In this document: in pieces, positions 55,633 through 64,000 of the stretch
How positions within the stretch are numbered: position 1 is the first letter of the stretch
How the letters are laid out: every line of letters begins with the position of its first letter
The notes under the pieces: generated by a model
Databases searched by the model: none
What the model saw: the letters and a program-made list of their open reading frames with translations, nothing else
Told to the model about the DNA's origin: nothing
Made by a program: the position numbers and the translations under genes
Source: Auanema rhodensis
Taxonomy: Eukaryota > Animalia > Nematoda
Direction of reading: 5' to 3'
Length of the DNA stretch: 64,000 nt
NCBI GenBank assembly: GCA_964057225.1
Contig: OZ059898.1
Coordinates: 4,092,001-4,156,000 of the forward strand

Positions 55633-56670
55633 ATGTTATTCGTAACTTCTAATTATGTGAAGTCTTTCTCAATATCACGATTGTTCCTTCTAATTTTGAT
55701 TTCTTTTGTGATTGGAGGAACGTATGCTCTGAAATGCTATGCTTGTACTTTCTCATACAATGAAATATATGATTTGGACCACAAGTAAGTAAATTCATGT
55801 TTAGCAAACAATTGTATCAATTGTTTAAATTTTAAATTCTATAAAGTTATTAAAAAGAAAAGGAGAGGATCAAGAGAAATAGAGTTTCTTGAGCTTTTTT
55901 TAAGAGAATATGGGAAACACAGTGAAAGGTCTGAGGAGCGAAAGAAATTTAAAGCTACTGAAACAAAAATAATCGCAAGAACGAGAGATAAATGACAGTT
56001 TAATAATTTAATATGGAAAGCACTTTGCAAGGCAAATTACAAACATCTAGTTTGAGGCTGATTTCAGAGATGACGGCTGGTGCACGAACGAGTCACTAGT
56101 TCTTTTCGATCCCGAAGAAACGTCGAAAACGTGTGCCCCTTGGGAGAAGTTCTGTGTGGTACGTGATAGGCGAAAGACTAAATATGGGCGGAACTAGAAC
56201 TTGTGTTGTAAAAATACCGTATATTAAGATAATTTTTAAATAGTACTTTAAATAGAAAATTTTCGGTCAAGATCGACATAAACAAATTTTGTTGTATATA
56301 TTGTTTTTAGACAGCTGTTACAACTATAAACACTGTGTTTACATCAGTTTCAAGAGGGTGTGGAGAAAGATGTAGTGAATTATGTGAGTCAGACGGATAT
56401 GGTCATAATCAGGTAAAGAACTTCAAAACTAATTTTTCTAATGATATGATTTTTAACCGAAACTTGCAGGTAAACTGTGATGATTGCTGTGAAACTGACT
56501 TGTGTAATGCAAATTTTTCTGTTCAGTATTATCAAGAATTAATGGCCAGGTAACTAAATAATGAATTACTTGTAAAATAAATAATTTTCAGACAATATAC
56601 ATCATGGATAACACCTTTGTCAGGAGAATTAGCATGGAACCGAAAATCTGGGTTGAAATTTCCATATTAA
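55633..56670 (+). CDS. Secreted Ly6/uPAR (three-finger, quiver-like) protein
   Basis: Signal peptide then LKCYAC...WC...C...FC...SRGC...C...C...CDDCCETDLCN (12 Cys). Five exons in consistent phase; in-frame stop at 55606 upstream of the ATG. Confidence 0.88.
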
Positions 56671-58641
56671 ATATTTAATAAAAAAACTTTAAAAATTTGA
56701 TAGATGCTACATAATAATAAAAAAAAATATATATATATAAACAACCAAACATCATATATTGAGTTAGTTGAGTGCAAAATTCAATACCAAAAATGTTAAT
56801 ATTGGAAAAGTAGGAAGGCTGAATATAAAGGGTAATTTTCCATTGTAGTAATAGAAAGAATATAAGGGGAAAAAGTGAATGCATACTATTGCAAAGAATT
56901 TATATATCATACTAACTAGTAATTTTCATTCAAGAAAAGAAAAGTTAATTGTAAAGCATTTATGTATTTGTCTTTAAAATTATTTTTGAAGTACTATAAA
57001 AAATCTTAAAGATCTTTTAAGGTCTAACGATCATATAAAAAAATCAAATTGACTTGCTCATCAAAACGATGAATGTGTAGTAGAGTAGGATATTGCTATA
57101 AATCTGTGTATTACGGCTACGATTGCTTTTTCGGATTTTAGAAGGATTTTCTATGACAATGGAGCAATTATGCTAAGCTATTCATTCTAAATATAAGAGA
57201 AGATTTTGTACGAACAAATAAAGAAAACAAAATTAAAAACAAATATATACTAAATTGAACGAAAAGAAATTAATTCAACGAAATAGTCTCGAAGATATGT
57301 TAACTAATATTCCCATGGAATCGATAATATTCACGAATCAGGTGTTCTAGTCTCCCGTTTTCTATTGATTTTTTTTCTATTTATTTAAAAGAAAATTAAT
57401 AGCGAATGAGATAGAGTCTTTAAAATTAAACAGACCTGCCATATGCATATTGTTTCTTTTAAAAATGTAAAAGAAATAGTTTTTAAAAAGAAGTCATACA
57501 TGAAAAATTATAGTTAAGTTTAAGTCTAATCTTGTTGCATTCAATTGTGTGTTTGCAAGGGTCAAATCGCCCCTTGTAAAAGAGATTGAAAGTTCATATT
57601 TTTCTTCAAGTTGTTTGGTAGGCAAAAGCATAACTTCGAACCGAATCGACATCAAAGGATTTGACTAGGCAACTATCATGCCCATCTCTTCAAATGGCAA
57701 GCCCTCATCAGCCGGGTAAAGAGCAGAGCTGGGAGCACGATTAAAGCGAAAAGAATCAGACTATGAAACTAGTTATCGGAACTCCAGATCAGAAATACGA
57801 AGAGCAGTGGCAAACAGAGTAGTTAGCCATTAATAGGAAAAGAAATATGGACAGAAAAGAGGTCTGATGCATAGCAGGCAGATAGAGGAACAGACATCTG
57901 CTTTGCTAGCTACAAGAACAAACGGAACAATTCCACTGATTTTCTCATAATAAACATCAGAATATAGCGCATAGGTAGAATACATGTATCGAAAGCAAAA
58001 ATAACTGATTAATCAGGTATAAAAATAATTGATCTCAACATTTTCATAATTCACAACCAAAATAATGAAAAAAATCCAGTTGAGATGACACGAATTCGTT
58101 TCATAGATAGCTAGAGGCATTTTCTTCAAGCCATTGTATTTTGGCTAGACGATCTATAAGTCATAAGTTGTTTTTTTCACTCAAGTATTTCGAAAAACAT
58201 TCTTGTAGTTTTATAACTGGCATTATGTCGAAAATCTAGATGACGGATATGAAAGTTGGACCAAACGAAATGTTCTAACAGCAGAAGCAAAACCAATTCC
58301 CTAAGGATTGTACACTGCCTATGAACTAACTTCAGCTTTCATATTAAAATGAGTACTCAAGCTTGAATACCCTGCAAGTCATTAGAAAACAGGTTAACAA
58401 GCTAAAATGCATTTCTATAGCTTGCTAATACAAATTCTCCTTATTAGGCAAAATTAAGATAGAAGATCATGATTAAACTATTATATTTATTCAAAAAGCT
58501 GAACAGTTTGAGAAAAAAAAAAGCCAAACCGGTAAATTATTTTTATAACTTTTAGTTTATCCTCCTTGAAACCATGTTTTCAACATGGAAATAACAACGA
58601 CAGCTTCATACATTTCATTTTGAAAATAAACCCATTTGTGA

Positions 58642-58669
58642 CATTTGTTTGGGGATCCCCAAACAAATG
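58642..58669. repeat. Perfect 28-bp palindrome
   Basis: catttgtttgggga|tccccaaacaaatg, arms exactly reverse-complementary with no spacer. Confidence 0.95.
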
Positions 58670-59230
58670 ATACTAATTCTCAACATTTTCACACAAATAT
58701 TAATATATTTATAAAGAGTTTATTATAATTGTATTGATATTTATTTGATTTTCATTCTTATAAGATTTTCAAGCTCTTAACCGTAACTAATATTCACAGT
58801 GATAGAAAACATTGGACTGTAAATTTGTTACGTACGCAGTGAAAAATGCACAACTCAAATAGCACCATACAAACAAAGTAATGCTTAAATCTAGAGTGAC
58901 ACAGTTAACCAAACGGATCCCTAATTTTAAAAGTTAATAGTGAATAATCTTGAAATATTTCTACACAAAAGCTGTTATATACAATTAATTTAAATGCGAT
59001 GCATTAACGCTCATGAATAATGGTCACAAAATATTTTTAAATTCTTCATAGCGTATGAATAGGCTCACTCATGCTTCGTTATCTTGTATATTTATGCTCA
59101 CGTTTATATAGGTTTAAACCTTCAAGCCTTGAATCTCTCCTAGAAATTGAAATTACTGTGTTTTATTCATATTCTATTCTTTATTATATATCTTATTTCG
59201 CGTAACATTAAGCATTGATTTTTTTCAGGA

Positions 59231-61957
59231 ATGAGTGATGATATAGAAGAAAAACATGAAAGTTCATTAACAAGTAGAATAGACAACCAAACCAATAGCA
59301 CTGCTACCTTACAATCTGATGTTGTTCAACCTTCAACTTCGAGGGTAGTTTCCAATTCCTCAGAGTTGTCTGAAACAAAACATTCTAATGATGTTTTTCC
59401 TATTATGAAACTTCCTATACCTGCTTTTAGATATGTTTTGAAGTCTCTTAGGTACTTTTTTATCGTATTTATATATACCGGCTCTGATCTTAATAGGTTT
59501 GCCGATTGTGTGAATTTACTAGAAGCAATGCCAACATATGAACTACAGGGGCTTTTGTCAGAAAAGAAGAGAATGATTAATCGAAGGATAGAGAGATATA
59601 ATAATTTTTCATGGTAAGTAGCTTTATATTTAAACGGTAATATAAGGATAAGAAACAAATACAGGACAAGAAAAGTTGGATGCTATAAATGGGAGCACAT
59701 ATCAAATCGAATGGGACACAGCATGGTTTACTTAGAGAGTGACCATTCCGTGTTTGTTAACTTTTGTATAATTTAACTCAAATAAAGATTATTTAAGTTA
59801 TATATTTGGAGGAGGGAATTTAGAACAGCTTGAAGATCTGGATGATGATGAGCATGCGTCATTTAATGATTTATGGAAAATGAATTTAGTAATAACTTGA
59901 TTGAAAGATTTCGAATATTCTCAATATGATTTACAGGGAACTATGAAATGCGAACGGGTATTTGTTCGCTCAACTCCTTATCCTCTTCCAAAGTACTACG
60001 CAGTTATGGTTCCTTATGAGGTAAGAAGTTGATTTTTATTTGGCTTGTTACATATTGTTCTAAGAAATATCTAGTTCTGCACGGTGGAAGACAGCCGTTA
60101 CCTGGAAGAATATTATCTAGACGTTTTAATTCTTGTACTAATGAAGTTCATTTATTTAATCCGGAGCTTCGCTGTTGGACTAGAGTAACGATCATTAATT
60201 GTTTAATTATGTTTTTTTTATACTTTCTAAGATTCACACAACCGAAGATAGTCCCAGTTTATCGGGTCATTGTGGAGTTATGCATGGGGACAATTTGATT
60301 TTGTACGGTGGATACTTGAGCTTTCAAGAAATTAATACATCTTTTCGGTTTTGAGTATATAAGTATATTCATATTTGAATTAATATTTTTAAGAGTTCTG
60401 AATTTAAAGTCAAAAAGATGGATAAGCCCAAAACTACCGAACGTCGCGGAGTATATTTCTTTGAAATCTTCTTATTTTTATTTCTTGTTTTTAAGGAAGT
60501 ATGATATCGACAGCTACTTTCGTCTACCTCCAGGTCCAAATCAGTTTCCTTGGTTTATCATTTCAGTAATAATATATTTTAGTTTTATTTTTAGCTTTGA
60601 ACCAGCTTCTTGCTCTTTAATCTATATAAAACCTGGTTTGCTTCTCTTATTAGGCGAACTCAGATTACCCGTCTATTCATCGAGTAATGGTGTTCTAATT
60701 TATTTTGATCCTGATAATATAGAAAGTACACCGTGGAATTGGAGGAATATAAAGGTTTTGAAATTAAAGTTTTTATTTATATATTTTTTTTCAGATCAAA
60801 GGGAAATGGTGGGAAGAGCGTGTTCATCATCAGGATCAACGTAATTCTTCAAGGCCTCGAAATTGCAGTTTTCCCAAGGTATACAACTTTTGAGAAATGA
60901 ATACAAAATTTTCATCAGGTAGTTGCAATGTATACCGATCAAGCCATTCGTTTAATCACCGTAGGATTGCCACGTAAATTCAGCAAAGTTTGAACTTGCA
61001 TACATTCACAATTTTATTTATAATCTTAGGAATCTTCATCGTACCTATTTAATGAAACGGATGGTAGAAGGCGTAGATTGATGAGTATATTGGAGTATGT
61101 ATTTTACATTTATATTTTAATTATTTCAATTTATAGTACAATCGTCTCACAAGTCGAACACGAAGTAGATGAAGCATATGAGAAAAATGTGATGGAAGAT
61201 AAAATAGAGAAGGTAAAACATTAATTTATTTTCTTTACGTTTCATTATTTTTAGACGGATTTTCATCTTTTAGTTGACGGTCTTTCAGTCATTGTAGTAA
61301 ACGGGTTACTTAGAAGAGATCGTTTGAAAAAGTATGAGTTTTAAGCTTTTGAATGAAACTTTTGAATTCAGATCTGCCATGCGTAATAAACTGACAACTC
61401 TAAGTGATATCAAAGTTCAAATATATGCAGACCCAAATCACCCTTCACAGAAACTGTGTGATTTTGACGACGGTGATCTATTCGACTTGAAAAGGACAAT
61501 TTTCCAAGAATTTGAAAGATGCCGTGAGTTTTCCTCCTCGCTCTTACTTGTGAAAAACTAAGTATTTCATGTTTCTTAGATGCTTCCCACTTTCGTAATC
61601 CCCCGTTCGCAAGCATACCAAGATATTTGTGTTATCATTCGTTCACTGGTAAACCTAAACTAGTATCCTACAGTGCTTTGATATCGCTAAGTCAAGATTT
61701 CGATAAGCTTGAAGAGATAACGTAAGAGTTCATATCAACTTGTTCAACTGATCATTTTCTCTAGCTACATCGCTGGAGAACCAAGTTTTCGTGGATCTCC
61801 TCCTGGATTTCGTTTCGAACTATGTGCAACAAAAGATGAAGTCATTCTTCAAGGGGGGGCTGCTTTAAATGGAGTGGATATATCGAAGCTACCAAGCTTT
61901 ATGTATGTTATGACGCCCGCTCCTTTCATAATTGAATCACAAGCTAATGAAGAATAA
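59231..61957 (+). CDS. FBXO42-like F-box plus kelch-repeat protein
   Basis: F-box-like FPIMKLPIPAFRYVLKSL, then kelch blades RMGHSMVY...LYIFGG...FNDLWKM, PLPK...LVLHGG...NEVHLF and SGHCGV...LILYGG. Internal exon boundaries in the 3' half are less certain. Confidence 0.78.
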
Positions 61958-62310
61958 TATCATTAAAGACGTTCTTTTCAAAATATAAAACTAATGATTA
62001 TAATAATGTGATAATCGAATTTATTTAATCTTCATATGAATGTAATCTAATTTTTTTATCATTTTTTGAGTATGTGTAAATTAATTGTTGCCGTTTACAC
62101 TGGTATCTCGTACATAAGTCTTACTGAACTCATTATTTATCAAAATAACTATTATTCAGCTTTATATATTTTATTAATAAATAATTTATATATCATTTTC
62201 ATATTACAACAGCTAGATTACTGTTCATCGTTTGAAATACATCTTTTAAGTGTTGTGATTGTTGAATTTTGTATTTTGCAGACTATCGATATCGACGATC
62301 GCTTTTAAGC

Positions 62311-62968
62311 ATGGTATGTTAATCATCTAATTCAAAAAACAAATTTAATTTCTTTAGAGTGCAAATCTTCAAATATGTGCTATACCTGATGAACTAAAGG
62401 AGCGTTTAAGAATGTTCCGGTTTTCAAAAAGTCAAACTATGAATGCTCTTATAGGTTAATAGACTGAACTAAAATACTTATAAATTCAACAATGCGTTTT
62501 CCAAATGATTTTTTTTAGTTAAAATTGATAAGCAGGAACAGAAACTCATGGTCGAAGAATTTCTTGAAGTATTACTGTTGAGAAAATTCATAATTTGCTA
62601 TTAAACTATTTTAGGATTGTGACTTGGACGATATAACAAATGAATTGCCACAGCAGCAACCTCGGTTTTTGCTTTTAAGCTTTTCTAGAAAACACGGTGA
62701 CGGCAGAGTTTCTTATCCAATGTGTCTAATATTTTATAGTCCCTCTGGTTGGCTTAAATACACAATGTTCTCGTTAACTGATATTATTTTAGGATGTAGT
62801 CCTGATCAACAAATGTTATATGCTGGAAGTCGTAACACTCTAGTTCAGGAATGTGAGCTCACAAAGGTAATATTTTTTAATATCATTTAATAAATCACAA
62901 TATTTAAGAACTTTGAAATTCGTGATATTGAAGAATTGACTCATGAGTATATAGATTCTAAAGTTTGA
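62311..62968 (+). CDS. GMF: Glia maturation factor (ADF-H domain, Arp2/3 debranching factor)
   Basis: Six exons, the first being ATG only. [13 protein letters not shown]...[29 protein letters not shown]...[10 protein letters not shown]. Confidence 0.93.
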
Positions 62969-63181
62969 TATTTAATTCTTTTGTAACATATATGTTATGC
63001 CGATATATTAATTTTTATAAATTTGGCATCAATTTTTTAAAATTAATTTTCTTTTCTTTATTTTCGCATTTTACTTTGTTCGGGGGTGGTTGAGAACTTT
63101 ATTAGGATTGATTAAAAAGACCTGATGTATTGATTACTATTGTGAACGGTATGAATATTTTTATTCGATATACTCGTTGCG

Positions 63182-63824
63182 TTAGTTCTGCTTAAATCGT
63201 TCTGATTTCAAGGCAAAAATCTGTTCCTTTAGCTCTATGACTTCTCGTCGAATTTTGCAGTAGCGGCGAAAATATACATCTAAATTTGTCGTGCAAACGT
63301 GATAAGTTTAATACCAAGACTCACTACTTCTTCGTTTTTCCATATCAAGCTTTTGTCGCAGACGTTGCTCTTCTGTGTGCCTGATTTGTGATCGAACTGC
63401 TTCTATCTCATCTGTATTGCAATAACTATTAATGATAAATAGTATTCAGCCTCACTTTTTTCTCTGTTCAACGCCTCTCTCTGTTGTTTGAAATGTTCAG
63501 ATGCCATATCTATTAAACCAATAATTTTATTAAAAGCGGGATCAGATGGTGGTGAAGGCTGGCTATTCTCGGAAGAACTACCGCGATCCGAGAAGGCACG
63601 TTGGTTGGGGGAAAGCTGGAAATTTAATATAAAACACCGTTAAAAAAGAAAAACTCACACTGCGATCTATCTTATTCATGTTTTCAAGTACGTCACTATC
63701 TCCTCCTTCCGAATTAGAAATCGTCGATGTATTTGTCTTAGAAAGGCTAACCGAGTTACTACTTTCAGTTTCCATACAACCTAGCTGTTCGGCTATGATT
63801 AATTCAGAACCATCAATATTCCCC
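63182..63824 (-). CDS. 3' exons of an unidentified Ser-rich and coiled-coil protein; 5' end near or beyond the window edge
   Basis: Phase-consistent exons GNIDGSELII...METESSNS...; DMASEHFKQQREALNREK; EIEAVRSQIRHTEEQRLRQKLDMEKRR; YCKIRREVIELKEQIFALKSERFKQN*. No recognisable domain. Confidence 0.6.
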
Positions 63825-64000
63825 CTGAAAAATATATATTATTATTATATGTTTAAATGTTTAAAAAAAGTTTGTTTAAACGAATATTTTCAAAAAATCA
63901 ATATGATATGGTATATGGTTCATTAAAAACAAGAGCTATAAAGAACATGATGACGTATGTGCAATATCGACTATGTTTTGCTCTCGTCATTTTGATAGTT

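Noticed and set aside
59326-59658. 110-aa - strand ORF, and similar shadow ORFs at 10829, 21582, 40361, 53690 and 63678
   Set aside because: These are antisense shadows of real coding exons.
1-64000. tRNA, rRNA, CRISPR arrays, transposase or reverse-transcriptase ORFs, and known conserved miRNAs
   Set aside because: None recognised by eye. Degenerate elements or lineage-specific miRNAs cannot be excluded without searches.

Overview
AT-rich, intron-dense eukaryotic DNA, most consistent with a nematode genome (introns mostly about 40-60 nt, TTTCAG/TTTAG/TTAAG acceptors, candidate trans-splice acceptors just upstream of start codons, operon-like spacing). No prokaryotic features are present. 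Gene models were built by hand from splice phases and were not checked against any database. The first 35 kb hold one long + strand DLC/gei-1-type SAM-RhoGAP-START gene with several candidate alternative first exons. A compact cluster follows: JADE/phf-15 (-), ZC3H10-like CCCH protein (+), ral-1 (-), RNF25-like RWD-RING ligase (-), SARNP/CIP29 (-), a catalytically dead carboxylesterase-fold protein ending in RNEL (+), a chromo-preSET-SET-postSET SUV39H/Clr4-type methyltransferase (-), an atypical dual-specificity phosphatase (-), a secreted Ly6/uPAR protein (+), an FBXO42-like F-box/kelch protein (+), GMF (+) and the 3' part of an unidentified coiled-coil gene (-). Most striking: the phosphatase and Ly6 start codons are only 8 nt apart on opposite strands, and one short sequence appears to act as a splice donor on one strand and an acceptor on the other. 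Also notable are a full-architecture SUV39H in a nematode, a DLC tensin-binding-type motif placed N-terminal to the SAM domain, and several candidate structured intronic RNAs.
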